Made by a program: the position numbers and the translations under genes. The notes under the pieces were generated by a model that worked only from the letters and a program-made list of their open reading frames with translations, was not told the origin of the DNA and ran no database searches. A stretch of 47,960 nucleotides of DNA from Deltaproteobacteria bacterium UBA5754 (GTDB lineage Bacteria; Desulfobacterota; Dissulfuribacteria; Dissulfuribacterales; UBA5754). Where the stretch lies: NCBI GenBank assembly GCA_002419025.1, contig DIFG01000087.1, positions 1-47,960 on the forward strand, read 5' to 3'. This document shows positions 1 through 8,197 of this stretch, piece after piece; the stretch's first letter is position 1; every line of letters starts with the position of its first letter.

Positions 1-235
1 ACGAAATGACGAAGAGCCCAATTTTGCAGGACAGCAAAATTGATGGACTCGTAAAAAGTGCCGGACTCGTCATGCCGGACTTGATCCGGCATTCAAGAAC
101 ATATTGAAAATACAGGATTCAGACCTCCGCTGGAATGACGCCGAAAACGTCACATCTGCGAAGGCCGGGGTCCAGAACTACTCAAACAATCTATCAATAT
201 ACGGACTCCGGCTTATCCAGAGTGACGACCCAAGA
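1..235. repeat. Composite palindromic (MITE/REP-like) repeat block. A type-1 element starts at ~40, followed by further GCCGG-hairpin units.
   Basis: 40-143 aligns by eye with the reverse complement of 16529-16630 (TTGATGGAyTCGTAAAAAGTGyCGGACTCGTCATGCCGGACTTGATCCGGCAT...GGAATGACGCC). Internal hairpin TGCCGGA-cttga-TCCGGCA. The left context is cut by the window edge. Confidence 0.7.
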
Positions 236-460
236 TGTTTGTCATTTTGCAAGAGGTTCATAATACAATGTTTATATATTTAATATATAGCATTTGATAT
301 TAATTTCACTTTAATTAATTGTGAATTTTTTAATTTTTTTTAATGACCCTTTTCTATTGACATCATTTTTTCTTTATTTTATAGATTGACATTATAATAA
401 ATTGTTTGTGATTATTTATGCATTATAAAATTTCTTAAATTGTTATCAAAGGAGAGCTGC
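236..460 (+). promoter_or_regulatory. Strongly AT-rich upstream island of the MopB-nuo gene string
   Basis: My count is 29 G+C in the 190 nt from 261 to 450 (~15 % GC), against visibly GC-rich flanks. Contains two ATTGACAT motifs 29 bp apart (356-363 and 385-392). RBS GGAGAG at 451-456 precedes the ATG at 462. Confidence 0.6.
357..385 (+). promoter_or_regulatory. Candidate sigma-70 promoter (TTGACA-N17-TATAGA)
   Basis: TTGACA at 357-362, a 17-nt spacer, then TATAGA at 380-385, about 77 nt upstream of the ATG at 462. This is a motif match only. Confidence 0.3.
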
Positions 461-461
461 A

Positions 462-2552
462 ATGGAGCATACCGTTTACAGTATTTGTGGAATGTGTGCG
501 GTCCGTTGCCCTATACGCGTAATCGTCAAGGATGGCGATATAGAAAGGATTGAAGGCAATCCCAATGATCCCGGAATGGGAACGAGCCTCTGCGCCAAAG
601 GAGTGGCAGGCAGAGCGCTCTTAAACGATACGGAAAGGGTCCAGTACCCCATGATCCGCACGGGAGAAAGGGGCTCCGGACAGTGGAGAAGAGCCACATG
701 GGACGAGGCATTGGGCTACGTCGCGGACAAACTGAAAAAGATCATTGCGGAACACGGCGGAAAGGCCGTCATGTTGAGCGACCGGGGAGGCCCCTTCGCT
801 GACATTAGAAAGGCATTTCTAAAGGCGATCGGCTCCCCAAACTATTGTAACCACGACTGTACCTGCGGCCGAAACACCCACCATGCATCCAAATCCGTTT
901 ATGGTCTCGGCCGCACGGAACTGGCATACGACTTCAAGAACACGAAACACGTCGTTTTCTTCGGGCGGAACATGACCGAGTCCTTCAAGGTGAAGGAGGT
1001 CCGATCCTTCATGCAGGGGATCAAAAACGGGGCCAAACTCACATATATAGACCCCCGGGCTGCCCTCACCGCATCCAAGGCCACGCGGTATTGGCAGATC
1101 CGGCCGGGAACGGATTATGCCCTCCTTCTCGGCATGGCCCACGTAACAGTCAAGGAAAAACTCTACGATACGGAATTCGTGCAGAAATATGTCTCGGGCA
1201 TGCCTGAATTCGAGGCCTTTCTCCTCCCTTATACACCGGAATGGGCTGAAAAGGAGACGGGAATATCGGCTTCCGAGATCGTCTCATTCTGCAAAGAGAT
1301 AGCGGCAGACCGACCCAAGGTCATATTCCACCCGGGCTGGCACCTCTCACGCTACAAGGACTCTTTCTACGCGAGCCGGATGATGCACATCATGAACGTC
1401 CTCATGGGAAACCTCGAGGTCACAGGAGGCCAATTCTTCCCTAAAGGCCCCAAGGACGCTGGCAAGAAGGGTCTCCGAAGCCTCGGAGCCGACATACCGG
1501 ACGTGAAGGAAAAACGAGCAGACGGCTGCGGATGGAAACACAACCACTTCGACAAAGGTCCTGGTCTCCTCCACCTCATGTACAAGGCCATAGAGACCGG
1601 CGATCCCTACCCCCTCAAGGCCTACATTGTGTTCCGCCACGACCCGCTCCTCTCCCTTCCGGACCCAGAGGCACAGAAACGCATTCTCTCCAAGCTCGAT
1701 CTCATCGTAAGTATCGATGTGAACTACAGCGAGACTGCGTGGTTTTCCGACGTCATCCTTCCGGAAAGCATCTACCTTGAGCGGGACAGCATTCTCAGGA
1801 CGGACAAGGGCTGGAAGCCTGGTTTCAGCATGAGAAGAAAGGCCATCGAACCCCGCTACGACACCAAAGCGGGATGGGAGATCTGGACCGAGCTGGCTGG
1901 GCGCCTCGGGAAGGGCCAGTATTTCCCGTACAAGAGCATTGAAGACATCTGGATGCATCAACTCCGCGACACGGCCGTCACCATAGAGGACTTCACTGCA
2001 AAGGGCTTTGTTCAGCTCTGCCGGGATCCCATCAAGTTCGACCGGAACGCCCTTCCCTTCAAAACCCCTTCCGGCAAGATCGAATTCGTCTCTTCCGTCC
2101 TCGAAAAGGCCGGGCTTCCATCTTTTAAGCCCTACGAGGCCCCGCAAAAACCTGCGGAAGGACACTATCGCCTTCTTTTCGGAAGGACCGGCTACCAGAA
2201 CCACGGACACACCGCCAACAACCCGATCCTTTCCGAACTCCTCGGGACGAACTGCCTGTGGATCAACACCGCAGAGGCCAAGAGGTTGGGGATACGGGAA
2301 GGCGATATCGTCGAGGTGTCAAATCAAGGCGTATCCGGGAAAATCCGGGCGAAAGTGACGGATTACATCCACCCTGAGGCCGTCTTCATGCTTCACGGTT
2401 TTGGGAGATCGGTCCCTGTTCAGACACGGGCCTACGGGAAGGGACTTGCCGACCAGGTCTTTGAAAAGGGCCTCCTCGATGTCTGGGACAAGGCGGGCGG
2501 GGGCGTGGCCCTGTGCGAGTGTTTCGTCAAGGTTTCCCTTGCAGCCGCATAA
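462..2552 (+). CDS. Molybdopterin (MopB-family) oxidoreductase catalytic subunit, cytoplasmic (no Tat leader); substrate unknown
   Basis: 696 aa. N-terminal FS0 [4Fe-4S] motif CGMCAVRC...C44. The protein starts directly MEHTVYSICGMC, with no RRxF twin-arginine signal. The C-terminal region looks like a MopB dinucleotide-binding domain (EGDIVEVSNQGVSGKIRAKVTDYIHPEAVFMLHGFG). Confidence 0.8.
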   Translation: MEHTVYSICGMCAVRCPIRVIVKDGDIERIEGNPNDPGMGTSLCAKGVAGRALLNDTERVQYPMIRTGERGSGQWRRATWDEALGYVADKLKKIIAEHGGKAVMLSDRGGPFADIRKAFLKAIGSPNYCNHDCTCGRNTHHASKSVYGLGRTELAYDFKNTKHVVFFGRNMTESFKVKEVRSFMQGIKNGAKLTYIDPRAALTASKATRYWQIRPGTDYALLLGMAHVTVKEKLYDTEFVQKYVSGMPEFEAFLLPYTPEWAEKETGISASEIVSFCKEIAADRPKVIFHPGWHLSRYKDSFYASRMMHIMNVLMGNLEVTGGQFFPKGPKDAGKKGLRSLGADIPDVKEKRADGCGWKHNHFDKGPGLLHLMYKAIETGDPYPLKAYIVFRHDPLLSLPDPEAQKRILSKLDLIVSIDVNYSETAWFSDVILPESIYLERDSILRTDKGWKPGFSMRRKAIEPRYDTKAGWEIWTELAGRLGKGQYFPYKSIEDIWMHQLRDTAVTIEDFTAKGFVQLCRDPIKFDRNALPFKTPSGKIEFVSSVLEKAGLPSFKPYEAPQKPAEGHYRLLFGRTGYQNHGHTANNPILSELLGTNCLWINTAEAKRLGIREGDIVEVSNQGVSGKIRAKVTDYIHPEAVFMLHGFGRSVPVQTRAYGKGLADQVFEKGLLDVWDKAGGGVALCECFVKVSLAAA

Positions 2553-2563
2553 GGAGGATTTCC

Positions 2564-3067
2564 ATGAGCAAATATTTCGTCGAACAGGACCTCACGCTCT
2601 GCATCGGATGCCTTGCATGCGAGGCGGCGTGCAAGGACAAAAACAAAGTTCCTCAGGGATCCTTCTACTGCAAGATGATCCCGGTCGGTCCCCGGGACAT
2701 CAACGGGGTCCCTGTCGTAAGCCACGTGTACATGGCCTGTTTCCACTGTGAAAAGCCGTGGTGTGTAGATGCCTGTCCCACCGGGGCCATGCAAAAAAGG
2801 GACAAGGATGGGATCGTATTCGTGGACCCCGATCTCTGCATCGGATGCAAGGCCTGCATCAAGGCCTGTCCGTGGGGGGTCCCTCAGTGGAATTCCGAAA
2901 CCGGCAAGGTCGGCAAATGCGACCTCTGCAAGGACCGCCTGGACAGGGGGCTCAAGCCCGCCTGCGTGACCGCATGCACGACCAGTTCTCTCTCCTTCGT
3001 AACCCCTGAAGAGGCATCACGGAAACGCCGAAGCGACTGGGCCGATGCCATGCTTCGATATCGATAG
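2564..3067 (+). CDS. 4x[4Fe-4S] ferredoxin-type electron-transfer subunit (PsrB/HybA/HycB-like)
   Basis: Start re-set to the ATG at 2564 (MSKYFVEQ), preceded by AAGGAGG at 2551-2557. Four Cys clusters: CIGCLACEAAC, CFHCEKPWCVDACP, CIGCKACIKACP, CDLCKDR...CVTAC. No TM helix and no signal peptide. 167 aa. Confidence 0.85.
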   Translation: MSKYFVEQDLTLCIGCLACEAACKDKNKVPQGSFYCKMIPVGPRDINGVPVVSHVYMACFHCEKPWCVDACPTGAMQKRDKDGIVFVDPDLCIGCKACIKACPWGVPQWNSETGKVGKCDLCKDRLDRGLKPACVTACTTSSLSFVTPEEASRKRRSDWADAMLRYR

Positions 3068-3075
3068 GTGGCGGC

Positions 3076-3447
3076 ATGCAGCCCGGAACATATCTCCCGA
3101 CTGAGTATCTCCCTGTCCTCCTCCTTTTTCTCTTCGGACTGGGCTTTGGAATCGTTGCCCTTTGGGCAGGCAGCTATGCACGCATGCGCCGGCCCTATGC
3201 GGAAAAACTCACAGCTTACGAGTCAGGCAACCCTCCTACAAAGGAACCCCGATTCCCCTTCTCTGTTAAATTTTATCTTATCGCCATCCTGTTCGTCGTC
3301 TTCGACGTGGAGGCCATCTTTCTTTACCCATGGGCATTGGTCTACGACCAACTCGGACTATTCGCCTTCATCGAGATGATCATCTTCATCGCTCTTCTCC
3401 TCGTAGGGTATCTCTACGCATGGGGAAAGGGGGCGCTCGAATGGTAA
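3076..3447 (+). CDS. nuoA: NADH-quinone oxidoreductase (complex I) subunit A
   Basis: 123 aa with three hydrophobic helices. Typical NuoA motifs YESG and FDVE..FLYPW. Starts 8 nt after the preceding stop. Confidence 0.9.
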   Translation: MQPGTYLPTEYLPVLLLFLFGLGFGIVALWAGSYARMRRPYAEKLTAYESGNPPTKEPRFPFSVKFYLIAILFVVFDVEAIFLYPWALVYDQLGLFAFIEMIIFIALLLVGYLYAWGKGALEW

Positions 3448-3962
3448 ACGACGTATCCCGACACGTGATCGAGGTGGAAAAGGGGGTCAAGGTGATCCCT
3501 GGCGGCAACACGATCATCACCAGCCTGGACAAGGTCGTCAATTGGGGCCGGGCCGGGTCCATCTGGCCTGTGACCTTTGGACTCGCCTGCTGTGCCATCG
3601 AAATGATGGCAGCGGGAAGCAGTCATTACGATCTTGACCGCTTCGGCATCATCTTTCGAGCGACCCCCCGACAGGCCGACGCCATGATCGTCGCCGGGAC
3701 CGTCACCAAAAAGATGGCGCCTATCGTAAGGCGCGTCTATGACCAGATGCCCGAGCCCCGCTACGTCATCGCAATGGGGAGCTGTGCGTGCAGCGGCGGG
3801 GTCTTCAACACGTATCATACCGTCCAGGGCTGCGACGAATTCCTGCCTGTTGACGTTTACGTCCCAGGTTGTCCACCGCGCCCCGAAGCCCTACTGGAGG
3901 GGCTCATCAAACTCCAGGAAAAGATCTCGAAGGAGCACCTCAGGTGGAGCCGCTGGAGTTAG
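3441..3962 (+). CDS. nuoB: Complex I subunit B (N2 cluster carrier)
   Basis: Start re-set to the ATG at 3441 (MVNDV), overlapping the nuoA stop. Motifs [18 protein letters not shown] and [10 protein letters not shown]. Confidence 0.9.
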   Translation: MVNDVSRHVIEVEKGVKVIPGGNTIITSLDKVVNWGRAGSIWPVTFGLACCAIEMMAAGSSHYDLDRFGIIFRATPRQADAMIVAGTVTKKMAPIVRRVYDQMPEPRYVIAMGSCACSGGVFNTYHTVQGCDEFLPVDVYVPGCPPRPEALLEGLIKLQEKISKEHLRWSRWS

Positions 3963-4492
3963 CCGAAATCTTAAAAAAACGTTTTCCCGGCGAGGTGGTG
4001 GACATCGTCTCACACCGGGGCCAGGTCTCGGTCATTGTCAAAAGGGAACGCATCCTCGAAATCCTTGAAAACCTCCGGGATGATCCGACTGCCCTTATGA
4101 ACCACCTCATGGATCTCTGTGGTGTCGACTACCTGGGAAAGAAGGAAAACCGTTTCGAGGTAGTCTACAACCTGTATTCGATCCCACTTCGACATAGCTT
4201 GAGGGTACGCGCACTCGTCCCTGAGGATGACCCCAGGATCTCATCTGTGACATCACTGTGGCGGGGTGCGGATTGGCACGAAAGGGAGACATACGACCTA
4301 TACGGCATCGTGTTCGAGGGGCATCCGGACCATCGGAGGATACTCCTCCCCGAGGATTGGGAAGGATATCCACTTCGAAAGGACTACCCGCTTCCCGGAC
4401 CAAAAACTGAATGGCATGGGTACGAAGAGGTCAAGGAATTCTCGAAAAGGCTCCGTAAATACGATTTTTCCGGATCCCCCGGGGAGGCATAA
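3944..4492 (+). CDS. nuoC: Complex I subunit C (30-kDa subunit)
   Basis: Likely GTG start at 3944, 8 nt after AGGAG (3931-3935). The track ORF start at 3869 would overlap nuoB by 94 nt. Motif [17 protein letters not shown]. Confidence 0.85.
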   Translation: MEPLELAEILKKRFPGEVVDIVSHRGQVSVIVKRERILEILENLRDDPTALMNHLMDLCGVDYLGKKENRFEVVYNLYSIPLRHSLRVRALVPEDDPRISSVTSLWRGADWHERETYDLYGIVFEGHPDHRRILLPEDWEGYPLRKDYPLPGPKTEWHGYEEVKEFSKRLRKYDFSGSPGEA

Positions 4493-4495
4493 ACG

Positions 4496-5704
4496 GTGGA
4501 CACGACCAGAATGAAACCGGTCCTTGAGGAAGAAGGTGAGCTTTTCACCCTCCAGATGGGACCACAACATCCAGCCACACACGGTGTTCTCAAACTGGAC
4601 CTTGAGCTTGACGGAGAGACCGTTGTCCGATGCCGTCCGGTAGTGGGCTTTCTCCACCGCGGCGTGGAAAAACTCGCGGAAAATATGACCTACGCCCAGT
4701 CCATGCCCCTTACGGATAGGCTCGACTACATCTCCGCCATGGCCAACAACGTCGGGCACACGGTGGCCGTGGAGACGCTTCTCGGGATCGAACCGCCCAT
4801 CAGGGCCAAATATATCCGGACCATGGTCTGCGAGATGTCCCGCATATCGAGCCATCTCCTCTGGCTAGCGACCCACGCCCTCGACATCGGGGCCATGACC
4901 GTATTTCTCTATTGTTTTCGTGAACGTGAATGGATTCTCGACCTCTTCGAAGAACTCTGCGGTGCACGCCTCACAACGAGCTATACCCGCATAGGCGGGG
5001 TGCGTCAGGATGTCACAGGACACTTCCTTGAAAGCCTTCTTCGCTTCACGGACGAATTCCCCGAAAAGGTCCATGAATATGAAACCCTCATTGACACCAA
5101 CCGGATCTGGCTTGACCGGACTCAGGGAATAGGCGTCCTGACCGCCGAAGAGGCCGTCCAGCTCGGCCTTACCGGACCGTCTCTCAGGGGGTCAGGCGTG
5201 GACTACGACATCCGCAAACACCGCCCATACGATGCTTATCCGTATCTCGATTTTCAGGTCCCCCTTGGGACGCACGGCGATGTTTACGACCGGTACCGCT
5301 GCAGGATGGAGGAATTCCACCAATCGAACCACCTCATCAGGCAGTGCATCGAAAAGCTCCCATCCGGCCCCATCCTCTCCGAAGACGCGCCAGATCTGGT
5401 CATGGATCCGCGTCCAAAATGTGTAACGGCCGACGCCTCCCTCTCAGCCGGCCTCATCAAGATCATTGAGGAGCGCAAGCATTTTATGGAGGGAGACGTC
5501 TACGTCTCGACAGAGGTCCCGAAGGGAGAACTGGGTTTCTATTTCGTGAGCGACGGCAGGGGGATCCCCATGCGCATGCACATTAGATCCCCATCCTATA
5601 TCCACATAGGTTCTCTACCCGCACTGTGTGAAGGCGGCATGATATCTGATGTCATCGCGAACATCGGAAGCCTGGACGTGGTCCTCGGCGAATGCGACAG
5701 ATAA
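4496..5704 (+). CDS. nuoD: Complex I subunit D (49-kDa subunit)
   Basis: 402 aa, GTG start. Motifs [13 protein letters not shown] and ER..R..Y.E. It lacks the N- and C-terminal NiFe-binding Cys pairs of hydrogenase large subunits. Confidence 0.9.
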   Translation: MDTTRMKPVLEEEGELFTLQMGPQHPATHGVLKLDLELDGETVVRCRPVVGFLHRGVEKLAENMTYAQSMPLTDRLDYISAMANNVGHTVAVETLLGIEPPIRAKYIRTMVCEMSRISSHLLWLATHALDIGAMTVFLYCFREREWILDLFEELCGARLTTSYTRIGGVRQDVTGHFLESLLRFTDEFPEKVHEYETLIDTNRIWLDRTQGIGVLTAEEAVQLGLTGPSLRGSGVDYDIRKHRPYDAYPYLDFQVPLGTHGDVYDRYRCRMEEFHQSNHLIRQCIEKLPSGPILSEDAPDLVMDPRPKCVTADASLSAGLIKIIEERKHFMEGDVYVSTEVPKGELGFYFVSDGRGIPMRMHIRSPSYIHIGSLPALCEGGMISDVIANIGSLDVVLGECDR

Positions 5705-5726
5705 GTCTCACGGAGGACAGGCCGAT

Positions 5727-6695
5727 ATGGAATTTGTAACGACCCTCATCATAATTCTCGCTGTAGTGGCCGTGGTCCTCCTGCACGTGGCCTATGCGAC
5801 CTATTTTGAACGCAAAGTCATCGGGCACATGCAGGTCCGGATGGGGCCCATGCGCGTCGGACCGCACGGACTCCTCCAGCCTATTGCCGACTTCGTCAAG
5901 CTCTTCTTCAAGGAAGACGTGGTGCCCGCCGGAGTGGACCGGCCCGTTTTTTACGCCGCACCGATCATCAGTCTCGTTGCATCCCTTTCCTCCCTCGCCG
6001 CCGTCCCCTTTGCCAGAGGGCTCGTGATCGCCGACATCAATATCGGTCTCCTTTACATATTTGCCATGAGTTCAGTCGCTTCCTACGGTGTCGTTCTCGC
6101 TGGATGGGCGTCCAATTCCAAATACGCATTCCTTGGAGGACTTCGATCCTCGGCCCAGGTAATCAGCTACGAGATAGCCATGGGGCTCAGCCTCGTAGGG
6201 GTCATGATGAGCGCCGGATCCCTGAATCTTACGGACATTGTCGAGGCGCAGAAAGCGGATTTTTTCGGGTGCTACGCCATTCCCCAGATCCTTGGGTTTT
6301 TCGTCTTCGTAGTTGCCATGCTCGCCGAAACGAATCGCACGCCCTTCGACCTTCCCGAGTGCGAAAGCGAACTCGTGGCCGGGTATTTCACCGAATATTC
6401 CGGATTCCGATTCGCTTTGTTCATGCTCGCGGAATACGTGGGAATGGTGATCATGTCAACGATTGCGGCCCTCTGCTTCCTTGGCGGCTGGCACGGTCCG
6501 TTCGATGTCCCCTACATCCCGAATTTCTGGCTCCTCATTAAGATCTATTTCATGATCTTTTTCTATTTCTGGATAAGGGCCACCCTTCCGCGCTACCGAT
6601 ACGATCAGCTCATGAGGCTCGGCTGGAAGGTCCTCATCCCCCTTGCCCTTGCGAACATCGTCGTGACGGGCATTGTGAAGACATTCATCTCGTAG
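5727..6695 (+). CDS. nuoH: Complex I subunit H
   Basis: Start re-set to the ATG at 5727 (MEFVTTL), after GGAGGA at 5712-5717. Polytopic membrane protein with motifs ERKVIGHMQVRMGP and AETNRTPFDLPE.E.ELVAG. Confidence 0.9.
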   Translation: MEFVTTLIIILAVVAVVLLHVAYATYFERKVIGHMQVRMGPMRVGPHGLLQPIADFVKLFFKEDVVPAGVDRPVFYAAPIISLVASLSSLAAVPFARGLVIADINIGLLYIFAMSSVASYGVVLAGWASNSKYAFLGGLRSSAQVISYEIAMGLSLVGVMMSAGSLNLTDIVEAQKADFFGCYAIPQILGFFVFVVAMLAETNRTPFDLPECESELVAGYFTEYSGFRFALFMLAEYVGMVIMSTIAALCFLGGWHGPFDVPYIPNFWLLIKIYFMIFFYFWIRATLPRYRYDQLMRLGWKVLIPLALANIVVTGIVKTFIS

Positions 6696-6705
6696 GGACG
6701 GAAAG

Positions 6706-7356
6706 ATGGCACAGGTAACCCGTTTCAAACAGAGGGGATGGATCGGGACGATCCTCCTTCTTGAGATCGCAAAAGGCATGGCGCTGACCCTGAAGAAGCT
6801 CTTCTCCAGATCGGTCACACGCCAGTATCCGGTGGAAAGACCCTCGATAGCCCTTGGATTTCGGGGCCAGCACGCCCTTGTCCGAAACCCTGATACGGGT
6901 GAAAGCTTGTGTGTCGCCTGCATGCGATGTGCGACTGTCTGCCCGTCCAAATGCATCCACATCACCTACCATCAGGACCCTGAGACGAGAAAACGAATCG
7001 TGGATACCTATGAGATCGAGGCGCTCCGGTGCATTTACTGCGGATACTGCGAAGAGGTCTGCCCGGTGAACGCGGTTGTGCTTACAGAGGTTTACGAATA
7101 TGCGTCCTATGACCGGCCATCAGTTTACTACGACAAGGACCGGCTGCTTTCCAACTGGGACCGATTCCTGGGCGAGAGCGGCCGGGATCCCAAGACATAC
7201 GTGAATCCATTCTGGCGTCCGCGTGGAGCTGACGAACGAACGCTCCCAGCCAAGAAAAGGCTCCCTGTTCCGGAAGAATGGACCCTTGAAGGACAGGCCA
7301 AGGGGATTCCCCTTCCCGTAGCCGCATCCCACGGTTCCCATGGAGGCGCCCACTGA
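6706..7356 (+). CDS. nuoI: Complex I subunit I (2x[4Fe-4S]) with a ~60-aa C-terminal extension
   Basis: Motifs CVACMRCATVCP and CIYCGYCEEVCP. The extra C-terminal tail (...RPRGADERTLPAKKRLPVPEEW...) is not part of the canonical NuoI core. Confidence 0.9.
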   Translation: MAQVTRFKQRGWIGTILLLEIAKGMALTLKKLFSRSVTRQYPVERPSIALGFRGQHALVRNPDTGESLCVACMRCATVCPSKCIHITYHQDPETRKRIVDTYEIEALRCIYCGYCEEVCPVNAVVLTEVYEYASYDRPSVYYDKDRLLSNWDRFLGESGRDPKTYVNPFWRPRGADERTLPAKKRLPVPEEWTLEGQAKGIPLPVAASHGSHGGAH

Positions 7357-7895
7357 TGATCACCCTCCAGCAGGCCATTTTTGCCTACCTGGCCATAGCT
7401 ATACTCGGTCTCTCCGCTGCTGCGGTAAACCTGAGAAATCCGGTCCACAGCGTCCTTCTAGTCCTTCTCATGTTCTTCCATATGGCCGGGATGTATCTCA
7501 CCCTGAACGCGGAGTTCCTTGCAGCTGTCCAGATCATTGTGTACGCAGGCGCCATCCTCGTCCTCTATCTATTCGTGGTCTTCCTTGTAGACCTCAACCT
7601 TGAACTCCGAATCGAAAGATTTGTACGAAACCATGCTACAGGCACGGTAATCACCATCGGCGTCTTAACGGTCCTCACTGCAGCTGCCATATCCTTTGTG
7701 CCCGCGCCTCCCGGTCACTGGAGCATAGAAATGATCCGAGAAATAACACATACGAGGGCCATCGGGGCTGAAATTTTCAGCAATTATCTCCTTCCATTCG
7801 AGATTACCGGGGTGATCCTCCTGATAGCAGTGGTAGGCGCCATGGTCATTGCAAGAAAGGACAAAAACGAGAAACGGGAGGTCACCCGCTCATGA
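7356..7895 (+). CDS. nuoJ: Complex I subunit J
   Basis: 179-aa hydrophobic protein. Its position and TGATG overlap with nuoI fit the canonical order. Confidence 0.85.
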   Translation: MITLQQAIFAYLAIAILGLSAAAVNLRNPVHSVLLVLLMFFHMAGMYLTLNAEFLAAVQIIVYAGAILVLYLFVVFLVDLNLELRIERFVRNHATGTVITIGVLTVLTAAAISFVPAPPGHWSIEMIREITHTRAIGAEIFSNYLLPFEITGVILLIAVVGAMVIARKDKNEKREVTRS

Positions 7896-8194
7896 TCCCC
7901 GTAACCTGGTATCTGATACTCGCTGCCTGCCTCTTTTCCATCGGCGTGTACGGCTTTCTCACAAGACGAAACATCATACTCATGCTTCTTTCCATCGAAC
8001 TCATGCTAAATGCCGTCAATCTGAATCTCGTCTCCATGAGCCACTACATCCAGGGTCTCAGAGGTCAGGTCCTCACATTCTTCATCATAGCCGTCGCCGC
8101 CGCGGAGGCCGCAATCGGTCTCGGTATCCTGATAGGACTTTACAGGAACCACAAGACCCTCCACGCGGATAAGATGACTATCCTCAAGGGTTAG
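7892..8194 (+). CDS. nuoK: Complex I subunit K
   Basis: 100 aa with 3 TM helices. ATGA overlap with nuoJ. Motif LSIELMLNAVNL. Confidence 0.9.
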   Translation: MIPVTWYLILAACLFSIGVYGFLTRRNIILMLLSIELMLNAVNLNLVSMSHYIQGLRGQVLTFFIIAVAAAEAAIGLGILIGLYRNHKTLHADKMTILKG

Positions 8195-8197
8195 GCC

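Noticed and set aside
205-460. Possible replication origin (AT-rich DNA plus TTATCCAGA at 213-221, resembling a DnaA box)
   Set aside because: There is only one imperfect DnaA-box-like 9-mer, no box cluster and no dnaA/dnaN/gidA context. A promoter island is the simpler explanation.
462-2552. Calling the upstream MopB protein a formate dehydrogenase or a specific polysulfide/thiosulfate reductase
   Set aside because: There is no Sec/Cys-His FDH motif in register with the SV.GL segment. There is also no Tat leader or PsrC-type partner as in Psr/Phs. Substrate assignment needs phylogeny, so it is left as a generic MopB oxidoreductase.
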